NCBI GenBank assembly: GCA_031292305.1
Contig: JARLHJ010000012.1
Coordinates: 1 to 64,000 of the forward strand
DNA from: Candidatus Babeliales bacterium
GTDB taxonomy: Bacteria; Babelota; Babeliae; Babelales; JABDEC01
DNA: 64,000 nt
Direction: 5' to 3'
In this document: piece by piece, positions 47,914 to 57,620 of the stretch
Numbering within the stretch: the stretch's first letter is position 1
How the letters are laid out: the number at the start of each line of letters is the position of its first letter
The notes under the pieces: generated by a model
What the model was told of the DNA's origin: nothing
Databases searched by the model: none
The model's input: the letters and a program-made list of their open reading frames with translations, nothing else
Made by a program: the position numbers and the translations under genes

Positions 47914-50900
47914 ATGAAAAATTTAGTACTCAGTTTTATTTTATTTTTAAACGTTGTCACAGTAAACGCTGATTGGTTTAGTTTTTTGCCATTTTCTGAA
48001 AAAAAAGAAAAGGCAGCAGATAGTCAGTTAATTATAGCCAGTGGCGTTCAAGAAAAACAACATCAACTTAATATATTAAAAAAAGAAAAAGAATTATTAG
48101 AAAGTTCGGATAAAGAATTTTTTGAGACGCTTCAGTCGGAATTAAATATAATAAATCAAAAAATATCAGATATTAAAGAAAAATTACAATCTTCTACCTT
48201 TGATTCAGCATTTCATAATAAAATGTTATCGAAGTTAAATGAAATTTCTCAAGTATTATTGGATACACAGCTTTTAAGAAAAAAAATTGTAGAAGTTATT
48301 GATCAAAATATAGAAATGCTAGAAACCTATCTTAAAGACCCTTATTTTAAGAATATTAAAGTTGAAACAAAAACTTCTTATGAATTTAATACGCTTTATA
48401 AGTTGAGCAAAGACATTTCTAAATCTGAAGAAGAATTAAAATGCCTAAATGAAGAAAAAATAGCATTGGAATCTAGCTTAGAGTCAAATAAAAAGGATTT
48501 AATTGCATTAGATAAAGATATTAAATTAAAAGAAAAAGATAGAAAAAATGGGCTAAAGTTAAATGCTACAGATGAATCATTATCAGTTGCACAACGTGGT
48601 GAACTATTAGATTTAGATATACAGTTAATTAATACTAAAAAAAGATTTTTAGAACTAAAGTTTAAAGAGTTAAGTAATAAATTGATGCTGTTAAATACAA
48701 GAGCATTTGTTGCAGATTCTATTTTAAAAATTCTTAAATCTAATTTGATAGTAATAGAAAACTCTCTGTGGATTTCTGAATCTGATATAGATTATTATGA
48801 AGATGAACTAATCAATAAAAAACGTGAATCAATAGAAGCTCAATCAAATTATTCACAAAATATTAAAAGGCTTTCACAAGAAAAAGAACAATTAAGTAAA
48901 GAAATAGAAACACTAAGTAAAAAATATAAAATTCATATAACAGATTTAAATGAACTTAATTTATGGAATATAGACCCTGATACTGTAAATTCAGAAGTAG
49001 GTCTTTATGAATTAGGATATATATACGATAGAATATTTGCTTTAGAGCGTGAGATTGAGTTAAAAGAAACAATGCGAGAGTTAGAAAGAGAAAAAATTGA
49101 GGCAGAGGAATTTTTAATAAAAATTCTAACTTCTTGGCATAAAATCACACAACATAAATTTAAATCAGAAGAAGATATTAATAACGAAATAAAAACTTAT
49201 GAAGATTATAAGATTGATACTAGTCGTGCAATTGCATCTTACAGAGATAAGATAAATATAGTTACTAATTTATTAAATAATCAAATTAGGGCATTAAATA
49301 ATTTAAAAGAACGTATTACAATATTAGATCAAAATGAATCTAAATTTATAAAGAGATATGGTAAAGACAATTTTAAAAAGGCTCATTCATTATTGGAAAA
49401 AGTAGAAGAGCAAAAAAACATTCAAACAGATTTCAATAATAGATTAATTGAGGCATATTCTAATTTAATAAATTATAAGAAGAATTCCTTAAAACAAATA
49501 AATGTTATAGTAGATAAATTAGAACGTGCCGTAGGTATTTTACAACGTTCTGAATATGCTATTTCTTGGTCGAATATTAAAAACATTAGTCCAGATATTG
49601 GATTGTTTTTATTTGATCTAAAAAATGTGATAGTATCTTCTATTTCAACAACCGGTATTAAAACAATATTTAGTAAATTATCTGCATTTGCAGGAAATTT
49701 TAATTCATTATTTATGTTCTTAATTATAATGTTGTTAATTTTAATATCTTACTTCTTGTTAAGAAAATTTTTATTAATACTTTATCAGGATTTTTTACTA
49801 GTAAGACCCGCAAATAAAATCTTATATTTTTTAAATTCTTTAGTGGCATTAATAATAGGATTTACGGCTTTTAATTTATTAAGTCTTTATATTTGGTCAA
49901 TAATTTTTAGTTTAATTAGATTTAAATATATTACAGATTTAAGCTTTAGAGTTGTTTTTTATTTAGTTTCAATCCCATATTTGTGTTCCATAGTTACTAA
50001 GTTTGCTCATTTTTTGATCGCATTTAACATTAAAAATAATTTTTCATTATTAAATGCATCTTTTCAAAAACGATTTGTGAATGTTTTTCAATTTCTTTTA
50101 TACTCAACAATTATAATTTTCTTTTTCCGCGAAGCTTTCTTATTAATTACATATGGTAAATCAGAGCTTCCAATATTGCTATTAGCCTTTTATTCAATAA
50201 TTTTAAGATCAGGTTTAATATTCTTAATTGGTAAAGAAGAAATATTAAGTTTTATTCCAACATCAGGAGGCACTGGAACTTGGAATTGGATAAGGACTAA
50301 AATAGATAAATATTATTATCTAATTCTTATAGTAATAATAGGTGTAATTATAATTAGTGATCCTTATATAGGTGGCTTTAGTAAATTAGTTTCATTTATA
50401 TTGCAGGGGATTATATATACAGCTTTATTATTTGTTGTTTTATGGTGGCTGCAAATATTCTTAAAAAAGATTTCTTCAGCGGCATTTTTTAAATTAGATG
50501 AAGAAGATGTTGCTCATGAAAGATTTTTATATGCAAAAACTTTCTATAGTATATTTACAATAGTTGCCATTTTATTTTTCATATGTTCAGTGGCATTTAT
50601 TTGTGCAAAAATATGGGGATTGCCTGTATCTATAGATAAAGTTTCTGATGCGCTCAACGTTACACTTTTTAATGTAAGGGGTGATTTAGATCAATTAATT
50701 CCTATTACATTAAGATCTTTCCTAACAATATTTGTTTTTATTATGGCAAGTTTTGTAGTTGCATGGGTTTTTGAACGTTTTATTCTACGTAGAATATTTG
50801 ATATTTTATTAGTAGACCAAGGTGTTCAAAGTATAATTTCAAGCATTAGTTATTATCTAATTCTTATAATTATTATTTTAGTTGGTTTTTTACATGTAGG

Positions 50901-51525
50901 TTTCGGCGGAATGATTCCAGTAGTTCTTGGTGCATTAGCTGTTGGCTTAGCTTTTGCAATTAAAGAACCTGCAAATGATATTATTGGATATTTTATAATT
51001 GCAGTAGAACGTTCCATAAAGATTGGTGATTATATAGAAGTTGATCCAAACACTAAAGGCATTGTACGCAGTATTAGTGCAAGATCGATAGTTATAAGAC
51101 GTAATAATAGTGTGAGTATTATTGTTCCTAATTCTAAAATAATTAGTGCATCTTTCTATAACTGGAACTATGTAAGAGGCTTTGTAGCTTTTGAAGATAT
51201 AGTATTAACAATACCATTTAATGTAGATCCTGAAAAAGTATCAAAGTTATTGTTTCAAGTATTAGATGAAAACCCAAATATATTAAAGAGCCCAGCACCT
51301 GTAGTCAGATTAGATGATTTTAGTGAAAATGGTTATGTGTTTATGGTAAGAGGTTTTTTAAGTTCACAAAATGTAACTAATATGTGGAACATTGCAAGTG
51401 GTGTTAGACTTGGTATTGTTAAAAAATTACGTGAAAATAATATAGAAATCTCAGAAGCTATTAGAAAAGTTATTATTGCCCCTGAATCCTTGGCTATATT
51501 AAATAAAGGCTTACAAGATAAGTAA
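47914..51525 (+). CDS. MscK/KefA-like mechanosensitive channel of the MscS family (1203 aa)
   Basis: Signal peptide, a roughly 550-aa periplasmic coiled-coil region, about 11 TM helices, and a C-terminal MscS core (…GALAVGLAFAIKEPANDIIGYFIIAVERSIKIGDYIEVD…GIVRSISARSIVIRRNNSVSIIVPNSKI…). Confidence 0.75.
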   Translation: MKNLVLSFILFLNVVTVNADWFSFLPFSEKKEKAADSQLIIASGVQEKQHQLNILKKEKELLESSDKEFFETLQSELNIINQKISDIKEKLQSSTFDSAFHNKMLSKLNEISQVLLDTQLLRKKIVEVIDQNIEMLETYLKDPYFKNIKVETKTSYEFNTLYKLSKDISKSEEELKCLNEEKIALESSLESNKKDLIALDKDIKLKEKDRKNGLKLNATDESLSVAQRGELLDLDIQLINTKKRFLELKFKELSNKLMLLNTRAFVADSILKILKSNLIVIENSLWISESDIDYYEDELINKKRESIEAQSNYSQNIKRLSQEKEQLSKEIETLSKKYKIHITDLNELNLWNIDPDTVNSEVGLYELGYIYDRIFALEREIELKETMRELEREKIEAEEFLIKILTSWHKITQHKFKSEEDINNEIKTYEDYKIDTSRAIASYRDKINIVTNLLNNQIRALNNLKERITILDQNESKFIKRYGKDNFKKAHSLLEKVEEQKNIQTDFNNRLIEAYSNLINYKKNSLKQINVIVDKLERAVGILQRSEYAISWSNIKNISPDIGLFLFDLKNVIVSSISTTGIKTIFSKLSAFAGNFNSLFMFLIIMLLILISYFLLRKFLLILYQDFLLVRPANKILYFLNSLVALIIGFTAFNLLSLYIWSIIFSLIRFKYITDLSFRVVFYLVSIPYLCSIVTKFAHFLIAFNIKNNFSLLNASFQKRFVNVFQFLLYSTIIIFFFREAFLLITYGKSELPILLLAFYSIILRSGLIFLIGKEEILSFIPTSGGTGTWNWIRTKIDKYYYLILIVIIGVIIISDPYIGGFSKLVSFILQGIIYTALLFVVLWWLQIFLKKISSAAFFKLDEEDVAHERFLYAKTFYSIFTIVAILFFICSVAFICAKIWGLPVSIDKVSDALNVTLFNVRGDLDQLIPITLRSFLTIFVFIMASFVVAWVFERFILRRIFDILLVDQGVQSIISSISYYLILIIIILVGFLHVGFGGMIPVVLGALAVGLAFAIKEPANDIIGYFIIAVERSIKIGDYIEVDPNTKGIVRSISARSIVIRRNNSVSIIVPNSKIISASFYNWNYVRGFVAFEDIVLTIPFNVDPEKVSKLLFQVLDENPNILKSPAPVVRLDDFSENGYVFMVRGFLSSQNVTNMWNIASGVRLGIVKKLRENNIEISEAIRKVIIAPESLAILNKGLQDK

Positions 51526-51649
51526 GCAAGGTTTTAAAAACTCTATATAGTTACATTACTCAGATTGAATAATTTTCAACAAAAATAGCATTAGAGTCTT
51601 GTTTTCTATCTTTATAATATGTTACCCTTGAATTAAAGAAGGGGAGCAC

Positions 51650-54382
51650 ATGGAAATAAAAAAGATAATATTTATTGTTTTGGTTGCATTTATTACCAGC
51701 GAAAACCTATTTGCTGCTGGCTTTAATTTAAATATAGTTAATAAAAGTACAAAAACGATTTGGGTACAATCGCAAAAAGATACACGTGTAGGGTATAATT
51801 ATATTCCAGGTAGTTTAATACCTGTTAACTCTAACATGACTCAAACTTTGTCTTCTGAAGTATCTAGTGTTCCTTATTATTTTTTCTATTCCAATGTAAG
51901 TAATGCTCCAAGTATGGCACAAATTACATTTGACGCATCAGGATTTACTGCAAATTCTAATCCCCTAGGATTTCCAATAAAAACTAACTATTTATATCAA
52001 TTTGATAATACTCAATTGACGCAAAAGCCAAGTGATTTTACAATTTATGTAACTGACCCTACTTGTAATTATAATGCGTCAGCGCCTGCTTGGGATTACA
52101 GTGTTGATAGTAATGGAAATGCTTCAAATTTTAAATGTGTTGCTCAGGAAAATTCAATAACTGCAGGTCATTTTAATTTTCAAAATAATACTAACCAAGA
52201 TGCCATTTCTATTACAGGATTTAATCCTGGTTTTGGGTCATGTACACCTGGTTTACCAACCGGAATAGCGCATGGCAATAGTGCTAGTTTTGATGCTTGG
52301 TGCACAATTAATTCTGCGGGCTCTATTCAATACACACCTATAGGTGGTAGTGCACAAACTATAAGTTTAAAAAATATAAATACAACAGATACATATTTTC
52401 AAATTACATTTAACCAAAGTAGTGTTACTTTAAATTCGGGTACAACTAGTGGAAGTTACCCTAATGCAATTGGTACATTTACATATGTATCACCGACTGC
52501 TACTGCATCAGTAACAACAACTTTGCCTGCAGTAACAACTCCCACACCGACACCAGTTGCAACCACACCTTCAATAAATTCAATATCAGTAGGGCATTTT
52601 AATTTTACAAATAATACCAAACAAGATGTAATTTCTATCAATGCATTTAATACAGGTGGGTCCTGCCCAGGACTTGGTTTACCAACAGGCATACAACATG
52701 GCAATAGTGCAGATTTAGATATTTGGTGTGCAATTAATGCCAATGGTTCAATTCAATACACACCTACTGGTGGAAGTGTACAAACAATAAGTTTAAAAAA
52801 TATAAATACAACAGATACATATTTCCAAGTTACATTTAGTCAGACTGGTGTAACTTTAAATTCAGGAAAAAGCAGTGGAAGTTACCCGAATGCAATTGGT
52901 ACATTTACGTATATATCACCAACTCCAACGGTTACCCCGGCGGTTACGGCACCTGTAACACCAGCGGTTACACCGACACCAACTGCAACTCCAATAGTAA
53001 CTCCAACTGCGATACCAGCAGCTACGCCTGTAGCACCAACACCTGCAGTAATACCAACAGTAACACCGACAGTAGCTCCAGCTTCGGTGCCAGCAGTTTC
53101 GCCTGCAGCACCAACACCGACACCAACCGTAACACAAACAGTAACTCCAGTTACGACACCAGCAGTTTCGCCTGCAGTAATAGCAATAACACAAGCAGCT
53201 GCACCTGCAGTAACAACTTCGTCTAGTACAACAATTAAGGCACCAGTGGATGTGCCTACGCAATCAATAGTATCAACTACAACTTCTTCACAAGTAGCAG
53301 ATTCAGAGCCGATTATATTTTTAACGCCAACATTGACTGAAGAACCAGTTGTAAACACACCTTCAAATAATTCCACATCTGTAGGACATTTTAATTTTAC
53401 AAATAATACCAAGCAAGATGTAATTTCTATTAATGCATTTAACACAGGTGGGTCATGCCCAGGACTTGGTTTGCCAACAGGCATACAACATGGCAATAGT
53501 GCAGATTTAGATGTATGGTGTAAAATTAATGCAAATGGCTTTATTCAATACACACTTACATCTGCAAGTGTACAAACAATAAGTTTAAAGAATATAAATT
53601 CAATAGATACATATTTCCAAGTCATATTTAACCAGACTGGTGCAACTTTAAGTTCGGGTACAAGTGCAGGAAGTTATCCTAATGCAATTGGTACATTTAC
53701 GTATGTGTCACCAAACGCAGCTGCTAATTCATCAAATGTTGTACCAATACCAACAATAAATACAACTTTGATTCCAGCAGTAACAGCAACAGCAGCTTCG
53801 GGAATTCTAACACCAACTGTTAGTTCTGCAACTCTATCGCCAGTAATTACAACGTCACCAACCACCGTTTCTAATGTTTCATCTGCATTACCAACGCTTC
53901 TATCAGAGTCTACAACTGCAATTCCTGTAACTTCTAATGATAGTGCTACCTCAGTATTGGGAGTGTCAACACCTATAGTTCCTTCAGTAGCTTCAGTACC
54001 ATTAGCATCAACTTTAGTACCTGCGCCGTTAACGCCAGCTTCCACACCTAAGGCTGCCTTAACTTCTGTAACTCCTATTAAAAAAGCTACTGTGGTTGCA
54101 AAGCCTAGTGTTGTATCAAAAAAACCTATTGTACCCGCTAAGCCTGTTGCAAAAAAACCACTTGTGTCAAAGAAACCAGTACCTGTTTTAAAAAAGCCTG
54201 TAGTAGCAAAAAAACCAATTGTAGTCGCAAGACCTGTAATTAAAGTAACTAATAGTGATGGTTGTAAATTAAGTGGTCAGTCTTGTAAGTGTTCAAATAC
54301 TGGATTATCTGGAACATGTAGTATAGGTGATGCTAAACCTGGTTTATATTGCCATTGTGACGAAGAAGAAGACGATTACTGA
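51650..54382 (+). CDS. Large secreted protein (910 aa) with a conserved N-terminal domain, three copies of a roughly 110-aa GHFNF…TFTY domain, P/T/A/V-rich linkers, a Lys/Pro-rich tail and a Cys-rich C-terminus
   Basis: RBS GAAGGGGAG. Signal peptide. Repeat domains at about 52166-52497, 52592-52923 and 53384-53715. Linkers such as …PTVTPAVTAPVTPAVTPTPTATPIVTP…. Tail …KKPIVPAKPVAKKPLVSKKPVPVLKKPVVAKKPIVVARP… then …CKLSGQSCKCSNTGLSGTCSIGDAKPGLYCHCDEEEDDY. The antisense and off-frame ORFs within it are artefacts. Confidence 0.6.
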   Translation: MEIKKIIFIVLVAFITSENLFAAGFNLNIVNKSTKTIWVQSQKDTRVGYNYIPGSLIPVNSNMTQTLSSEVSSVPYYFFYSNVSNAPSMAQITFDASGFTANSNPLGFPIKTNYLYQFDNTQLTQKPSDFTIYVTDPTCNYNASAPAWDYSVDSNGNASNFKCVAQENSITAGHFNFQNNTNQDAISITGFNPGFGSCTPGLPTGIAHGNSASFDAWCTINSAGSIQYTPIGGSAQTISLKNINTTDTYFQITFNQSSVTLNSGTTSGSYPNAIGTFTYVSPTATASVTTTLPAVTTPTPTPVATTPSINSISVGHFNFTNNTKQDVISINAFNTGGSCPGLGLPTGIQHGNSADLDIWCAINANGSIQYTPTGGSVQTISLKNINTTDTYFQVTFSQTGVTLNSGKSSGSYPNAIGTFTYISPTPTVTPAVTAPVTPAVTPTPTATPIVTPTAIPAATPVAPTPAVIPTVTPTVAPASVPAVSPAAPTPTPTVTQTVTPVTTPAVSPAVIAITQAAAPAVTTSSSTTIKAPVDVPTQSIVSTTTSSQVADSEPIIFLTPTLTEEPVVNTPSNNSTSVGHFNFTNNTKQDVISINAFNTGGSCPGLGLPTGIQHGNSADLDVWCKINANGFIQYTLTSASVQTISLKNINSIDTYFQVIFNQTGATLSSGTSAGSYPNAIGTFTYVSPNAAANSSNVVPIPTINTTLIPAVTATAASGILTPTVSSATLSPVITTSPTTVSNVSSALPTLLSESTTAIPVTSNDSATSVLGVSTPIVPSVASVPLASTLVPAPLTPASTPKAALTSVTPIKKATVVAKPSVVSKKPIVPAKPVAKKPLVSKKPVPVLKKPVVAKKPIVVARPVIKVTNSDGCKLSGQSCKCSNTGLSGTCSIGDAKPGLYCHCDEEEDDY

Positions 54383-54514
54383 TAAGTTGCAAAAGAAGAC
54401 GACTTTGATCAAAAAAAGCCTAACTGAATAAATTATTAAAAAATGCATTACAAACACTTGTTTTATATATTTTAACTATGTTACTCTTAAATAAAAAGTA
54501 AAAAGGGGTAAAGT

Positions 54515-55756
54515 ATGAAATTTATAAATAAGATTTTCCTACTAGGTTGTTTAGGTGTATATGGCTTAAATGGCGCTGGTTTTAATTTAAATATAGTTAA
54601 TAAAAGTACAAAAACTATTTGGGTGCAATCTCAAAAAGACGTACGCGTGGGGTATAATTATACTCCAGGTAGTTTAATACCTGTTAATTCTAATATGACT
54701 CAAACTTTGTATTCTGAAGTGCCTAGTGTTCCTTATTATTTTTTTTATTCCAATGCAAGTAAGGCTCCAAGTATGGCACAAATTACCTTTGATTCAACAG
54801 GATTTACTGCAAGTTCTAATCCAATAGGATTTCCAATAAAAACTAATTATATATATAAATTTGATAATACTAAATTGGTACAAAAGCCAAGTGATTTTAC
54901 CATTTATATTAGTGATCCTAAATGTAGTTATACATCAGCTTCTGCGGTATGGGATTATAATGTTGATGGTGCTGGAAATGCTTCTGGTTTTACTTGTGTA
55001 ACGCCTCCAATAGCCAATGGGCATTTTAATTTTATAAATAACACAGCCGATACAATTTCTATAACAAAATTTAATTCAGGTGCTGGATCATGTACTCCTG
55101 GTTTACCACAAGGTATACAGCCTGGAAATAGCGCAAGTTTTGATGCTTGGTGCCCAATTAATACAAATGGATCTATTGAATTTACGCCAGTGGGCGGCAA
55201 AGCTCAATCAATTGATTTAAAAAAACTGAATACAGATACATACTTTCAAATAAAATTTGATAAAAGTAGTAGTATTGTAACATTAAATTCTGGTACAGAT
55301 GGAAAAACTTATTCAAATCTTGTTACTAGCGTTGCTTATACGCCAGCGCCCCTATCAGCTCTTAATCCTAATTTTACTACAGGGTCTATTAATGGAAAAT
55401 TTAAATATCAAAATGATACAAATGATAAAATAACAATTAAGAGTATTACAAATTGTAGTCCTTGGATGCCAATGTTAAATCCGGGTGATGCTCCATCAAC
55501 AGATTATTGGGGTTGTTCATTTACTAGTCCAATTAGTACGATTACCTATACAACAAGCAAAGATGGTTCAGCAAGTAATACTATAAGAAAAATCACTTTT
55601 TCTAATCTTTTTTCTACAGATAAAGATTTTCGTATTAGGTTTGCAGATAGAGTTTATTTAGAATCCGGACCGGTAGGTACAGGTGTGGCTTCTGATGCTA
55701 ATAAAACTATAGCATGGCCTCGTATATTAGCTTCTACAGTTTATCCTGCATCATAA
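54515..55756 (+). CDS. Secreted paralog (413 aa) of the 51650 protein: same N-terminal domain plus one GHFNF-type domain and a distinct C-terminal region
   Basis: RBS AAAAGGGGTAAAG. The first roughly 165 aa are about 90% identical to the upstream gene (AGFNLNIVNKSTKTIWVQSQKD…). Then …GHFNFINNTADTISITKFNSGAGSCTPGLPQGIQPGNSASFDAWCPIN…. Confidence 0.6.
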   Translation: MKFINKIFLLGCLGVYGLNGAGFNLNIVNKSTKTIWVQSQKDVRVGYNYTPGSLIPVNSNMTQTLYSEVPSVPYYFFYSNASKAPSMAQITFDSTGFTASSNPIGFPIKTNYIYKFDNTKLVQKPSDFTIYISDPKCSYTSASAVWDYNVDGAGNASGFTCVTPPIANGHFNFINNTADTISITKFNSGAGSCTPGLPQGIQPGNSASFDAWCPINTNGSIEFTPVGGKAQSIDLKKLNTDTYFQIKFDKSSSIVTLNSGTDGKTYSNLVTSVAYTPAPLSALNPNFTTGSINGKFKYQNDTNDKITIKSITNCSPWMPMLNPGDAPSTDYWGCSFTSPISTITYTTSKDGSASNTIRKITFSNLFSTDKDFRIRFADRVYLESGPVGTGVASDANKTIAWPRILASTVYPAS

Positions 55757-55779
55757 TGTATTAGAGCTTATAAATTACT

Positions 55780-55813
55780 AAGGGATTGATATTAAATTTA
55801 ATATCAATCCCTT
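55780..55813. terminator. Perfect 34-nt palindrome (AAGGGATTGATATTAA-AT-TTAATATCAATCCCTT), bidirectional terminator
   Basis: Exact inverted repeat between convergent genes. Confidence 0.5.
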
Positions 55814-55819
55814 ATAAGT

Positions 55820-56080
55820 TTAATCTTTTTTGTGAATCTCAGATCTGTTGTGAATTATAGATTGATTTTTTTTAGATAAATAACTGTTTAATAAAGCTAT
55901 AAATTTGCTAAACAATCCACCTAAATATATGCCATAAATTGTTAAAACAAAGCCTGTTATTAAAAGAGGGTAATATAAAATTTTCATTAAAAAACCTGAA
56001 ATGAAAAGCAATATTGATACCCCAATTAAAACTAAAAATGAACCTTTATAGCTATCTGGTAAATTGTTTAAAAAATTCAT
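55820..56080 (-). CDS. Small 2-TM membrane protein (86 aa), paralog of 56101..56352
   Basis: …GSFLVLIGVSILLFISGFLMKILYYPLLITGFVLTIYGIY… is about 50% identical to its neighbour. Basic/His-containing tail. Confidence 0.45.
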   Translation of the reverse strand: MNFLNNLPDSYKGSFLVLIGVSILLFISGFLMKILYYPLLITGFVLTIYGIYLGGLFSKFIALLNSYLSKKNQSIIHNRSEIHKKD

Positions 56081-56100
56081 AAATTCCTTTATCTAATTAT

Positions 56101-56352
56101 TTATTTTTTATGTTCGTGGCTTTTATGATGAGATGATTTACTTTTAGGTAAGTATTTATTTAATACCTTAACATTATCAAAAACTTCGCATTCATATAAA
56201 CCATAAACAACGAATCCAATTCCAGCTATTAACAATGGATAAAATAAAATTTTAGTAATAATACCAGAAATGAAAAGCAAGAATGTTACGCCAATTAAGA
56301 CTAAAAATAATCCGTGTTGTGCTTGTTTAGATAAGTTCTTGAATGAGTTCAT
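56101..56352 (-). CDS. Small 2-TM membrane protein (83 aa), paralog of 55820..56080
   Basis: …HGLFLVLIGVTFLLFISGIITKILFYPLLIAGIGFVVYGLY…. The tail SSHHKSHEHKK is His-rich. Confidence 0.45.
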   Translation of the reverse strand: MNSFKNLSKQAQHGLFLVLIGVTFLLFISGIITKILFYPLLIAGIGFVVYGLYECEVFDNVKVLNKYLPKSKSSHHKSHEHKK

Positions 56353-56416
56353 GAGATCTCCTTTATATAATATAAATATATTTCGTAGTATATATCTAAA
56401 GATTTTCGAATTGCAA

Positions 56417-56974
56417 CTAATTTTTAAAAAAGCCTTCTAAGGGCCATGTATTCGAGAAATCAAGATGGCTATCTTGCATAGGTTTATGGTACACAAGAAA
56501 ATAAATTTTAGGGACTTTAATATCATTTTCTCTTAATGTTTTTAACAAACCTTCAATTAACATTAATTTTTGATAAGTTGAATGGTCTTCAATAAGTAAA
56601 TTTCTATCGAATGATAAAAAAAGTTCGTTTGAAGCTTCTGATATTAGAGCTGTTTGCAAGAAAATCTTTTCAATTATTTTCTCTTCATCTAACAAATTAA
56701 GCCAACTATTTAAGATATGTTGTACATTGTCTTGTAAATTTGCAGATACTAAAATAGTTGTAGTTTCATTTATCCACTTATTATTGTTCCAATAAAATAG
56801 TTTAATTCTTTTTTTGGTAGCTAAATTATTATCTTCTTTAAAGGCTATTGTTTTTGTAGGCCATCTAAAAATTATAAAATCATTTTGAATACCGAAAAAT
56901 ATTGTACCCAAAATTAAAAATATAAATGAATGGGACAGATATTTAAATTTATTCATATAACCTGCTTGGCACAT
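56417..56974 (-). CDS. Hypothetical membrane-anchored protein (up to 185 aa)
   Basis: N-terminal TM. It overlaps the upstream amidase-like gene by 26 nt and is probably co-transcribed with it. Confidence 0.35.
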   Translation of the reverse strand: MCQAGYMNKFKYLSHSFIFLILGTIFFGIQNDFIIFRWPTKTIAFKEDNNLATKKRIKLFYWNNNKWINETTTILVSANLQDNVQHILNSWLNLLDEEKIIEKIFLQTALISEASNELFLSFDRNLLIEDHSTYQKLMLIEGLLKTLRENDIKVPKIYFLVYHKPMQDSHLDFSNTWPLEGFFKN

Positions 56975-57620
56975 ATGGGCTAAGTATTGGTTGTAAAGCT
57001 AAAAGTACAGGTTCTACGAAATTTTTGTAATCGTTTGAATTTTTTAATCCCGCTTCTAAAGCAATTGCAGGTGCTTTAATTCCAACCAAGGGTTTAAAGG
57101 GAATGCCTAATAAGTATTTAAAATCAAATTGATTATTTTTTTCTAATATTTGTTTCATTTTATTTGTGTAATCTAATGTTTTATTAACATTAATTAAATG
57201 TGCATTATTATAATTTATAAAACTAATATTAGATGGTAATTGCATATAAAAGGGTTCATTAAGGTAATGGTATAAATATAATTTTGGTCTTACGTCAGTT
57301 TCTTTATAAAAATGAATGCTTAAATAAAAATCTACATCTAATCTGTTTGCAAAATTAGCATTCTGTAAAAATTCTAAAGTTTCGCCAGGTACACGTGTTA
57401 ATATTACACGTACATTTTGGTAGTTTGCTTCAATGCTCTTTTTTAGCTCTTGTGCAAATTGTAGAGTTATACCACGCTCAAAGCTATCATTTAATGTGCG
57501 TCCTGCATCTTTAGCATCACCTGCTGGGTCTAGCATTATTGTAAATGTTTTAGGTTGATAATAATCAAAGCTAAATAGGGGAAGGAATATAAGAAAAATT
57601 AAAAGTTTTTTTATCTGCAT
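56949..57620 (-). CDS. Amidase_3-like (N-acetylmuramoyl-L-alanine amidase fold) secreted protein with a substituted first metal ligand
   Basis: Signal peptide. …TIMLDPAGDAKDAGR… aligns with the amidase_3 motif …IDAGHGGxDPGA…, with His replaced by Asp. …ERGITLQFA…, …VILTR… and …DFYLSIHF… align with the Glu, LTR and SIHA(D) segments. Confidence 0.45.
   Translation of the reverse strand: MQIKKLLIFLIFLPLFSFDYYQPKTFTIMLDPAGDAKDAGRTLNDSFERGITLQFAQELKKSIEANYQNVRVILTRVPGETLEFLQNANFANRLDVDFYLSIHFYKETDVRPKLYLYHYLNEPFYMQLPSNISFINYNNAHLINVNKTLDYTNKMKQILEKNNQFDFKYLLGIPFKPLVGIKAPAIALEAGLKNSNDYKNFVEPVLLALQPILSPYVPSRLYE

Noticed and set aside
52456-54045. Minus-strand ORFs (95, 204, 115 and 123 aa) inside the giant repeat-protein gene, and ORF 54955..55200(-) in its paralog
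   Set aside because: They are antisense to the repeat modules and PT linkers, where the repetitive codon structure keeps frames open. Their products are G/V/T or C/R/W-rich nonsense.
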